From positions 65,897-129,896 of the IMG/VR virus record IMGVR_UViG_3300008255_000003: a stretch of DNA of 64,000 nt; one strand, written 5' to 3'. The position numbers and the translations under genes are program-made. Shown piece by piece: positions 26,855-34,429 of the stretch (positions within the stretch are counted from its first letter, which is position 1; each line of letters begins with the position of its first letter). The DNA comes from a virus. Under the pieces are notes generated by a model. That model did no database searches. It was not told where the DNA came from and was given only the letters and a program-made list of their open reading frames with translations.

Positions 26855-28429
26855 ATGACAGAAGACTTTAGACCATTTCTTAAAGAGGCTTGGGCACAAC
26901 GTGTTGTTATAGATGGCATGGCGTGGATACCTCGCCACATCTTAAGCGACATAGCACTCGCGGCCATAAAAACCCAACTCACCGTGTCGATCAAGGTTAG
27001 AGAAGGTAGGAAGACGCGAACAAATAAGGTCGAGATGTATATCATCGAAGACTTCTGGGTTGGTGTCCCGAGGGCTTACTTTGAGCGCACATCGAGAAGC
27101 AAGCTCCCGGTTGAACACCTCGTGAGCGCTGCCGAGAGTGAGCGCATCAAGACTTGCGGCATTGAGCCTAGAGATGACATGCAGATCGACGCTGTAAATG
27201 TAATTACGGAGAGGCTTAAATCCAGGGAGGTGACGCAAGTGATCATTTGCGCTGCCACTGGTGTTGGTAAGACTATCCTGAGCCTTGTGATTGCGAGCAA
27301 ACTAGGTCTTAAGACGTTGATCGTGGCACCTCTAACCAACCTGCTTGACCAGTGGGAAACAAGGATAAGTAGCACGGTAAACGATGAAGACCCTAGCGCC
27401 CCTTGCGTTCTGCCAGACGCTAAGGTTGGTCGTTTTAGTGGTGACAGGCGCGAGTACGGCGCCAACTATGATGTTGTGCTTGCGACAACCCAGACGCTTT
27501 GTCGCTGTGATCCTTCTGACCCTATATTTCAGTGGCCAGGCCTCTTGATTGTTGATGAGGTTCACTTCATGGGTGCTGCCCAGTGGTGTACAATTAATCA
27601 CCGATTCAACGCGACAAAGCGCCTTGGTCTGACAGCTACACCAAGGCGCGCTGACGGGGGAGAGCGGCTGTTCTTTGAGCATCTTGGCGCGGTAGGTTGG
27701 CGCGGCGCTAAGCCTATGATGGGTTTGGATATACGAAGGATAGATACGGGCTGCGACTATAATGACAGCCTTATGATCAATAAGGTTGAGGGTATGATCT
27801 CAAGAGATCTTAACCGCTCAATCATTATAGCTGATGAGATATGCAAAGCCTTGGTTGCTGGCCGCAAGCCGCTTGTCCTATCAAAGCAGATCAATCACCT
27901 TGCCGTCATTTGCAGCATTGTATCTCACCGCCTCGGTGATGCTTACACCTATGGAACATGCTGCGGCAGGTGGCCTGTGAATCCGGTAGACGCCTCAAAG
28001 TATCACCTTGATAAGAAGGCATGGCGTAAGCTTTATAAGAAGCGTGGTAAGTGGGCATTGCCTGAAGGTGCCAACCCTGATGACTATGACATCAAGTTGA
28101 ATTCGGATGGTAATATTGAATCAATTGAGCCATCATATATAAAGATAACTAAGGAAGTGTTTGAAAGCTCCAAGTCTGACAGCATAATTTTTGCCACATA
28201 TTCAATGGTAGCTGTGGGCTTCGATGTCACGTCATTAGATACATTGTTTGTCACCATGCCCATGTCTGATATGGAGCAATCGGTGGGCCGCATCCTCAGA
28301 AAGAACAAAGAAAAGATGAAACCGCTCGTCGTTCACTTTGTAGATAACTACAAGATGTCTTACATCTTCTGGGGTAAAGCTTCCAAAACTTATGACTTGC
28401 TAAGTGAGCTAGGATCGGGCGAAGATTAA
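26855..28429 (+). CDS. SF2 DExH helicase (UvsW/D10-like)
   Basis: ATGVGKT, IVDEVH, GLTATP, IFATY...GFD, EQSVGRILR; ATG 26855 after GGAG. Confidence 0.9.
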   Translation: MTEDFRPFLKEAWAQRVVIDGMAWIPRHILSDIALAAIKTQLTVSIKVREGRKTRTNKVEMYIIEDFWVGVPRAYFERTSRSKLPVEHLVSAAESERIKTCGIEPRDDMQIDAVNVITERLKSREVTQVIICAATGVGKTILSLVIASKLGLKTLIVAPLTNLLDQWETRISSTVNDEDPSAPCVLPDAKVGRFSGDRREYGANYDVVLATTQTLCRCDPSDPIFQWPGLLIVDEVHFMGAAQWCTINHRFNATKRLGLTATPRRADGGERLFFEHLGAVGWRGAKPMMGLDIRRIDTGCDYNDSLMINKVEGMISRDLNRSIIIADEICKALVAGRKPLVLSKQINHLAVICSIVSHRLGDAYTYGTCCGRWPVNPVDASKYHLDKKAWRKLYKKRGKWALPEGANPDDYDIKLNSDGNIESIEPSYIKITKEVFESSKSDSIIFATYSMVAVGFDVTSLDTLFVTMPMSDMEQSVGRILRKNKEKMKPLVVHFVDNYKMSYIFWGKASKTYDLLSELGSGED

Positions 28430-28435
28430 CTAACG

Positions 28436-28454
28436 ACATGCAACGGTTGCATGT
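28436..28454. repeat. Dispersed palindrome, copy 11, between the helicase and recA
   Basis: G-ACATGCAACGGTTGCATGT-C. Confidence 0.95.
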
Positions 28455-28473
28455 CTAACTTTGGAGATAGTGA

Positions 28474-29946
28474 ATGGCGACTAAGAAGGCTAAGAAGTCT
28501 GCTGATAGCGTGACGCGACAAGAGCGTCACAGTGTCTTCCGTAACCAGGCACAGAAAGAGTTCGGCCCTCATTCCATCCAGCGCGCTAGCGAGGTTCGAC
28601 CTAGGCGCTCGGTGTCTAGCGGGTCATGGCAGCTCGATAACTGCCTTGGTGGCGGCTTTACGCTTGGCACAATGAAGCTGCTATGGGGCTGGGAGCACTG
28701 TGGTAAAACGACGATAGCGCTCAAGGCTGCGTCTGAGATTCATCAGATCTGCTCGTCATGCCATACCTATATCAATGAGACACCGCTCTTCAATCCCCAC
28801 GAGTTTACTGGTGACTGGGATACTGGCTACTGGTCGATCGAGAACCTTGATACTGATGCGAAGGCGGAGGCCGCGTATTGGAATCAGGGCAAACAGCAGT
28901 GCATGGCTTGCGGCTCCCCATATCATAAAGAGGACAGGCCGTGCTCTCACTCTAGTGAGATGGGTGAAGATGACGATGAGATTGATGACTTCATCTGTGG
29001 TGACTGTGGCACCGCTGCAATGGTTGTCGATCTCCATCCCGATGATGATTACTACTCTCCAATGCCAAGGTCTGGGAACACGGCATCATGCGAGTGTGGT
29101 AAGTGCGTTCCCACCATTGTGATGTGGGTTGATCTTGAGGGCAAAGGCGACGTGAAGTGGGCTGAGTCTCTTGGTGTCGATCTGGAGCGCCTGGATTATG
29201 TCAGGGCAAACTACACCGAGGCGGCATTTGACATTATCAAGGGCGCAATCAAGGGCGGTCTTGTTGATGCGATTATCGTTGACTCTTTAGCTGGAGCCAC
29301 GCCAGCCGTAGAGCTTGAGAAGAGCTATGGCGAGAATACGATGGGCTTAGCAGCGCGCCTTGTTAATCGTATGACTCGCGAGATGCCTACGATCATCACT
29401 CAGTCTTATGAGGAGCATGGTATTGAGCCTACGGTCTTTCTGTTGAACCAGGTACGCAATAAGATCGGTGGATATGGCGGTCACACGCTCTATGGTGGTG
29501 AGGGTCAGAAGTTCGCCTGTGATCAGATCATTAAGCTTACCTCGGCAAAAGGTGAGATTGATGAGGTCGTTACTGGAGCTAAGACTCGCAACGAGAGCAT
29601 AGGCTTAAGCTCCACCGTCGCGCTGAAGTTTATGATCGATAAGAACGGCAAGGCCCCGACTCGCAACATGTCTGGTCAATGCACACTCGTGACAGTGGAC
29701 ACGCATGGGCTAAAGAAGGGCACCTTTGATGACATCGACCTTCTGACTAATGATGCGTCGAAGATGGGTATTATCTCTTCTGAGGACGGTTGGAAGATAC
29801 AAGGCTGGCCAGTCAAGTATCGGATCAAAGCCGATCTTATGACTGAGCTTAGCAGCAACCGCGCGCTGAAAAGGTTGGTGCAAGGCATGATCTGCGACTC
29901 ACTGATGAGCAACTTCGATGAGATCACCAAGATGTTGTCGAGCTAG
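28474..29946 (+). CDS. recA: RecA/UvsX-like recombinase with a large Cys-rich insertion
   Basis: SSGSWQLDNCLGGG, GWEHCGKTT, WVDLEG, LGVDLERL, IIVDSLAG, NQVRNKIG, GGEGQKF. Confidence 0.85.
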   Translation: MATKKAKKSADSVTRQERHSVFRNQAQKEFGPHSIQRASEVRPRRSVSSGSWQLDNCLGGGFTLGTMKLLWGWEHCGKTTIALKAASEIHQICSSCHTYINETPLFNPHEFTGDWDTGYWSIENLDTDAKAEAAYWNQGKQQCMACGSPYHKEDRPCSHSSEMGEDDDEIDDFICGDCGTAAMVVDLHPDDDYYSPMPRSGNTASCECGKCVPTIVMWVDLEGKGDVKWAESLGVDLERLDYVRANYTEAAFDIIKGAIKGGLVDAIIVDSLAGATPAVELEKSYGENTMGLAARLVNRMTREMPTIITQSYEEHGIEPTVFLLNQVRNKIGGYGGHTLYGGEGQKFACDQIIKLTSAKGEIDEVVTGAKTRNESIGLSSTVALKFMIDKNGKAPTRNMSGQCTLVTVDTHGLKKGTFDDIDLLTNDASKMGIISSEDGWKIQGWPVKYRIKADLMTELSSNRALKRLVQGMICDSLMSNFDEITKMLSS

Positions 29947-29954
29947 TTAGATGT

Positions 29955-29987
29955 AGCAGGCCAGCCAATGAAGCTGGCCTGCTTTTT
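29955..29987 (+). terminator. Intrinsic terminator
   Basis: 11-bp stem AGCAGGCCAGC/GCTGGCCTGCT followed by TTTT. Confidence 0.75.
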
Positions 29988-29997
29988 GGAGGTAGTT

Positions 29998-30420
29998 ATG
30001 AGGCACGTTAAACCCGGCAAGTCGGCCAAGGGCGACAGCCCTATCGGTCGAAAGAAAAGCAGCGCCAAAGTGAGGCGATCTTTATCCATCAAGCAAGAGG
30101 ATAGGATTGCACACAAGGGCGGTGGCAGAAGGGTTCCTGGCAGTGGTGCATTTGGAGGTAATCTCAACGGCGACGTAAGCCTTGATGATTGGCTTATTGA
30201 GGCTAAGAGGACTGAGAATAAGTCGTTTAGCATCAATGGTGCTGTCATCCATAAGGCTTATGCTGAAGCGGTCATGGCTAATAAGAAATTCGCCATGTCT
30301 ATAGAAATAGCTGGGATGGATAGCAGTCTTTTCCCGTCTCGCTTTATGCTTGTCCTTGAGGATGACTTCTTCGCTGCAATGAATGGTGTTAGTGATGACG
30401 ATGACGATGACGGTGATTAG
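29998..30420 (+). CDS. PD-(D/E)xK Holliday-junction resolvase-like nuclease (Hjc-type)
   Basis: QEDRIA...RVPGSGA...GDV...LIEAK. Confidence 0.75.
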   Translation: MRHVKPGKSAKGDSPIGRKKSSAKVRRSLSIKQEDRIAHKGGGRRVPGSGAFGGNLNGDVSLDDWLIEAKRTENKSFSINGAVIHKAYAEAVMANKKFAMSIEIAGMDSSLFPSRFMLVLEDDFFAAMNGVSDDDDDDGD

Positions 30421-30913
30421 AGCCCCATCCCCATTCAACAACTCACCAAGAGATCATTGGCTATGGTTGGATGAGTCGAAGCGTCTTTACTTGAGGGCTG
30501 AGTTCATCGAGTGGCTCAATAGAATCCCGGCGCCCCAACACCGTGTGGGCGCTGTTGGTTATTACACTCAGGTCGCGTTTCTTTTAAGGCGTGTTCTTGA
30601 CTACTGTGATGATAAGTGTGTTTGTCCTGCGCTGGTGATTCTTTACCTTTGGCCTTATAACTCTAGGGCTGACGATGTTTTCTTCGGAGTCTACTCCACC
30701 ATCATAGAGATCTCGGAGCTTAACAGGCTTAGGCGCTGGCTTAATGCTGTTGGTGATGATGTTGATCTTTCTGGAGAGCGGAAAAATCTTTTCATAATTG
30801 AGTCTGGAGCATCGACAACTCACGGGTTGCTTGATGCGATCCATCAGAAGCTTAACTGGATTGGCCTTGCTGATCTGTGGCAGGAGGAGAGTGATGAGCG
30901 ACTGGATTGGTAA
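30383..30913 (+). CDS. Hypothetical protein (start uncertain)
   Basis: Overlaps both neighbours in an operon-like arrangement. Confidence 0.6.
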   Translation: MVLVMTMTMTVIRAPSPFNNSPRDHWLWLDESKRLYLRAEFIEWLNRIPAPQHRVGAVGYYTQVAFLLRRVLDYCDDKCVCPALVILYLWPYNSRADDVFFGVYSTIIEISELNRLRRWLNAVGDDVDLSGERKNLFIIESGASTTHGLLDAIHQKLNWIGLADLWQEESDERLDW

Positions 30914-31778
30914 GCCTGGTGAAAACGTGTCTCTTGCTAGTCTTCTGGCAAGCGAGGGTGACTCATGCAGGGACATCGCACCATACGGACCTGATAGCCC
31001 CATCAGGGGACACGCTATCGCTTCGACATGCACCATGCTTGAGGGCCTTTGTCTTAAGCATGGCATTGTCAGGCAAAGCTCCACGGTATCGCCCCATCTG
31101 AGGATGATCTTTCTTTTGGGCACTGGCATACATCAGGCCATGCAGGATTCAATTCTTGCGCCCTATCTGGTGGGCGCTTGGAGGTGTCGGGGCTGCTCCA
31201 AGCAATATAATCCACCCAAGGGGCAACTCATGAGGCGCCCTTCAAAATGCACGAAGTCAAGCTGTGCGAATAGTAACTACAGCGAAGACGTAAAGAGTGA
31301 CTGGCACCTTCCCGGTTTCGCTTATATTGAGCCTGTTCTTAATAGCGAGAAGCCTTATGTCCAGGGCCACGCTGACGGTGTGATGTGTATTTCAGATCTC
31401 GACAAGGCCACCATCCCTGAAGGCGATGAAGGCCTTGAGGTGATTGAGATCAAGTCCACATCATCACCTGACGCGATCATCCCCTTAAGCCCCGACCACG
31501 AGACTCAGTTAAACATCTATATGGGCTTAATGGGAATCCATAAGGGCAGAGTCATATATGTGCGCAAGACCGGCACACACTTACATGGCATCTTGAGCGA
31601 ACATATCGTGAGGTTTGACGCCGAGGCTTATGGTCGCAACATGCAACGGTTGCAGGCCATAGAAGATGCTGTCGAGGCTGATGATCTTAGTGTCCTTGAA
31701 AGGTCTTGCAGCAAGGCGGACTGCGCCCGATCGAAGAAATGCCCGGTCAGCGATCTTTGCTGGCAGATCGGAAAATAA
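30894..31778 (+). CDS. Cas4/RecB-like PD-(D/E)xK exonuclease
   Basis: LGTGIH, GHADG, IEIKS, QLNIYM, C-terminal C...C....C.....C cluster. Confidence 0.8.
   Translation: MSDWIGKPGENVSLASLLASEGDSCRDIAPYGPDSPIRGHAIASTCTMLEGLCLKHGIVRQSSTVSPHLRMIFLLGTGIHQAMQDSILAPYLVGAWRCRGCSKQYNPPKGQLMRRPSKCTKSSCANSNYSEDVKSDWHLPGFAYIEPVLNSEKPYVQGHADGVMCISDLDKATIPEGDEGLEVIEIKSTSSPDAIIPLSPDHETQLNIYMGLMGIHKGRVIYVRKTGTHLHGILSEHIVRFDAEAYGRNMQRLQAIEDAVEADDLSVLERSCSKADCARSKKCPVSDLCWQIGK
31639..31657. repeat. Dispersed palindrome, copy 12, inside a CDS (MQRLQA)
   Basis: ACATGCAACGGTTGCAGGC. Confidence 0.85.
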
Positions 31779-31799
31779 TGATTTTGTCTAAAAATTCTA

Positions 31800-31828
31800 T
31801 TGACGTTTAAGTCTTCAATGTTGATAGT
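31800..31828 (+). promoter_or_regulatory. Possible sigma70-like promoter
   Basis: TTGACG-N17-GATAGT in the AT-rich gap before the RuvC-like gene. Confidence 0.4.
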
Positions 31829-31872
31829 CAGATCATCCAGCGAGTGGGTTGGATGATCATTTTGGAGATTAA

Positions 31873-32583
31873 ATGCAGAGCGAGATCTGGGCTTGTGATC
31901 ATAGCGGCATAGGCGTGTCTGTCCCTAGTCTGGACTGCGCCAAATGCTGGGATGCTTATAACAAGGCTAAAGGTCTGCCCTCATTTAATAGGCTTGATGC
32001 AAAGCGCTTTAAATGGCGCTCTAAATCAGGCTCAAAGATGGTCAATGTCTATGAGAAGTCGGGCGAGATCGCTTGGCATCTCAAGGGCTTGAAAGCGGTT
32101 AGGGTTGATATGGTCAATGTGTCTGATCAGTCTGTCATGGGCATAGATCTATCGCTTACATCAACCGGGCTAGCGTTCGTTGAGATCGTCAATGATGAGC
32201 TTAGGTATGCCGTCTGCTCATACGGCATTCAGTACGGCAAGAAGGCATCATCAGCACTTAAGATGCGAAGGCTGCACGTCATAGCATCGTGGGTGGCTTC
32301 TTTTGGCCACATGGCCAGAGAGATCGTCATTGAAGATCACGCGCCTTCTCGGGCGGCTTTTGGTGGCCTCCATCTAGCTGAGCTTCATGGTGCGGTTAAA
32401 TTCGCACTCCTTGATCTTGGCTATGACTGCGGCTTGGTTGGCGTCAAAGAGGCGCGAGCAAAAGTTGTCCTTAATGGCGCTTGTCCTAAAGATGATGTGA
32501 CCAGTATCATCGCTGACCACGGATTCAGATTTGATAACGATGACGAGAGTGACGCGATAGTGATTGCACTATCCATGATTTAA
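31873..32583 (+). CDS. ruvC: RuvC-like Holliday-junction resolvase with N-terminal extension
   Basis: MGIDLSLTSTG, IVIED, LAELHGAVK, DDESDAIVIA. Confidence 0.8.
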   Translation: MQSEIWACDHSGIGVSVPSLDCAKCWDAYNKAKGLPSFNRLDAKRFKWRSKSGSKMVNVYEKSGEIAWHLKGLKAVRVDMVNVSDQSVMGIDLSLTSTGLAFVEIVNDELRYAVCSYGIQYGKKASSALKMRRLHVIASWVASFGHMAREIVIEDHAPSRAAFGGLHLAELHGAVKFALLDLGYDCGLVGVKEARAKVVLNGACPKDDVTSIIADHGFRFDNDDESDAIVIALSMI

Positions 32584-32584
32584 G

Positions 32585-32603
32585 GCGTGCAACGGTTGCA
32601 TGT
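32585..32603. repeat. Dispersed palindrome, copy 13, directly upstream of the H1-like gene
   Basis: GCGTGCAACGGTTGCATGT. Confidence 0.9.
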
Positions 32604-32626
32604 CTGTCCAAACAAAAGGGGACGCG

Positions 32627-33616
32627 ATGTCTGAGAACACTGAGAACACTGAGAACACTGAGAGCAAGCCCAAGGCGACTCCCAAGCCCAAGGCGACTCC
32701 CAAGCCCAAGGCAGAGGCCAAGGCTAAGGCGGCTCCAAAGGCCAAGGCGGAGCCTAAAGCCAAGGCAGCCCCAAAAGCCAAGGCAGAGCCAAAGGCCAAG
32801 GCGGAGCCTAAAGAGGACAAGGCCAAGTCTGCTGAGGAGCAGAAAGGCCTTGAGGCCCAAGCTCAGGCCACAGCAGAGCGCGTGCGTGAAGTCCTGCTCA
32901 AGGATGGTGTCCTCTTCTGGGATCTAGCCCGAGAGCTGCACCGTATGCGCGAGGGCGGGCTCTATGCTTACATCGCCAACCCTGAGACCGGACTCCCCTT
33001 CGGCTCGATGAAGGATTATATCGCTGTCGAGGTCGCAGGATCTGAGCGCAAGGCGCGCATGGCGATGACCCTGTGGGATGCGATCTACATCCGATATGGG
33101 GAGGGCATGTTTGAGGCTGTCAAGCATCTTGGGCCGTCTAAGGTTGATCTGATTAAGGATCTTCTGGATGACCCTACTGCGGCAGCAGAGTGGATCGAGA
33201 AGGCTGGCACATTAACCAGAGCGCAGCTTGCTGAGATGGTGCGCCTCTACCTCAACCCAGGCGATGCTGGCGATGAGTCTTCCCCCGATGGTCCGACAAC
33301 TCAGACCGTTCGTAAGACGGTCGATCTTCTGCCCGAGCAGGAGAACATCTGGAACGAGGCCCTCAAGGCTGCCCAGCGCCTATACAAGACTGACAATCTG
33401 TCCAACGCTGTCGTCAACATCCTTGCCGACTTCACTGTGTCTAACAGTGACCTTGATGGCGAGAAGAACCTTGAGTCGCTCGTTCGCCGCATGGAGACGA
33501 TTCACAATGTGCAAATCGTCGTCATCGACCTTGAGGCAGCCAGCCCGTTCATCATGGGTCGCGAGCATTTAGCTACGCTTAAGGACATCCAGGCCGAGAA
33601 GGCCAAGTCGGCCTAA
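32627..33616 (+). CDS. Histone-H1-like (Lys/Ala/Pro repeat) putative DNA-binding protein
   Basis: KPKATPKPKATPKPKAEAKAKAAPKAKAEP... N-terminus; helical core FWDLARELHRMREGGLY...FGSMKDYI; strong C/G-ending codon bias; RBS AAGGGG. Confidence 0.6.
   Translation: MSENTENTENTESKPKATPKPKATPKPKAEAKAKAAPKAKAEPKAKAAPKAKAEPKAKAEPKEDKAKSAEEQKGLEAQAQATAERVREVLLKDGVLFWDLARELHRMREGGLYAYIANPETGLPFGSMKDYIAVEVAGSERKARMAMTLWDAIYIRYGEGMFEAVKHLGPSKVDLIKDLLDDPTAAAEWIEKAGTLTRAQLAEMVRLYLNPGDAGDESSPDGPTTQTVRKTVDLLPEQENIWNEALKAAQRLYKTDNLSNAVVNILADFTVSNSDLDGEKNLESLVRRMETIHNVQIVVIDLEAASPFIMGREHLATLKDIQAEKAKSA
32632..32712 (+). repeat. Coding tandem repeats (9 bp x3 encoding ENT; 18 bp x2 encoding KPKATP)
   Basis: TGAGAACAC at 32632, 32641, 32650; AAGCCCAAGGCGACTCCC at 32666 and 32684. 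Confidence 0.9.
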
Positions 33617-33629
33617 GCGCATACAGTCC

Positions 33630-33667
33630 AAAAAAGGCGCATTGTGATTACACAATGCGCCTTTTTT
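33630..33667. terminator. Intrinsic terminator (bidirectional architecture)
   Basis: Perfect 17-bp arms AAAAAAGGCGCATTGTG/CACAATGCGCCTTTTTT; TATAAT follows at 33673-33678. Confidence 0.85.
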
Positions 33668-33705
33668 GTGTCTATAATCAGGCCGTATTAGTTTTGGAGT
33701 ACACC

Positions 33706-34428
33706 ATGCCAAGAAAGAGACTTTCTCCAGTAGAAAGAATAAGAGCGCTCCCATTTGCCGATCAGATCGATCGACTGTTCATGAATGGGGTTAAGTACGA
33801 TGAGGTTGTCGATCTTATCAGGGGTAAGCATGGGCTTCATAAGAACGTAGCATCAGCTACTGTCAAAGACTGGCTTAAGAAATACTGGGCGATTCGTAAG
33901 GTAGAGCTTGGGATTGAGAGTAAGAAAGCAGTCGGGGTTACTAAGAGCATCGTAAAACAAGCTGAGGAGTTCTCTATCATTGATGAGCTGACTTGGCTTT
34001 ATGGGATTCAAAAGGCTAGGGTTACTAGAGCTTATGAGGTTGAGCTTAAGAACAAGACTCACGATCCCAACCTAGTCAAAGAAATTGCGATGGCGGCCAA
34101 CCTTATCAAGCAAAGCGCAGACATCCATAATAAGTTGAACATCCTGACAAGAGAGCTGATAGGTCATCCCACCCTTAATCATAGGCCCATAGACATTAAG
34201 CCTGGCGATGATGATCAGGAGTCAGACGATAATGTCCCGGCAGATAGGCGTCTAGCTGCCTTTATCGGTGAGGAGCTTTCGACCAACCCCAGACAAAGGC
34301 AACGGATCGCGGAGTTCTTACAGGTGCTCAATCAGCACGGCGGCGTCATTCCAGAAGATCTAACTAAGGCGTCAGATGACGATATAGAAGATGCGCTCAT
34401 TTATGAGCCGCTTAGTGAAGAGGAGTGA
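33706..34428 (+). CDS. Probable terminase small subunit
   Basis: N-terminal HTH-like RIRALPFADQIDRLF...YDEVVDLI...SATVKDWL, then coiled coil; directly upstream of the large subunit. Confidence 0.55.
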   Translation: MPRKRLSPVERIRALPFADQIDRLFMNGVKYDEVVDLIRGKHGLHKNVASATVKDWLKKYWAIRKVELGIESKKAVGVTKSIVKQAEEFSIIDELTWLYGIQKARVTRAYEVELKNKTHDPNLVKEIAMAANLIKQSADIHNKLNILTRELIGHPTLNHRPIDIKPGDDDQESDDNVPADRRLAAFIGEELSTNPRQRQRIAEFLQVLNQHGGVIPEDLTKASDDDIEDALIYEPLSEEE

Positions 34429-34429
34429 G

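Noticed and set aside
28750-29106. Intein in recA
   Set aside because: No terminal His-Asn followed by Cys/Ser/Thr, no endonuclease motifs; composition fits zinc ribbons
31180-31270. CxxC...C...C insert in the Cas4-like nuclease as a novelty
   Set aside because: From recall, similar inserts are common in this phage exonuclease family
7187-32602. Track start codons at 7187, 26804 and 32600
   Set aside because: These ATG/GTG lie inside the palindrome and lack an SD; downstream ATGs at 7226, 26855 and 32627 have SD-like sequences. In-frame coincidence is unremarkable at about 1 in 3 each
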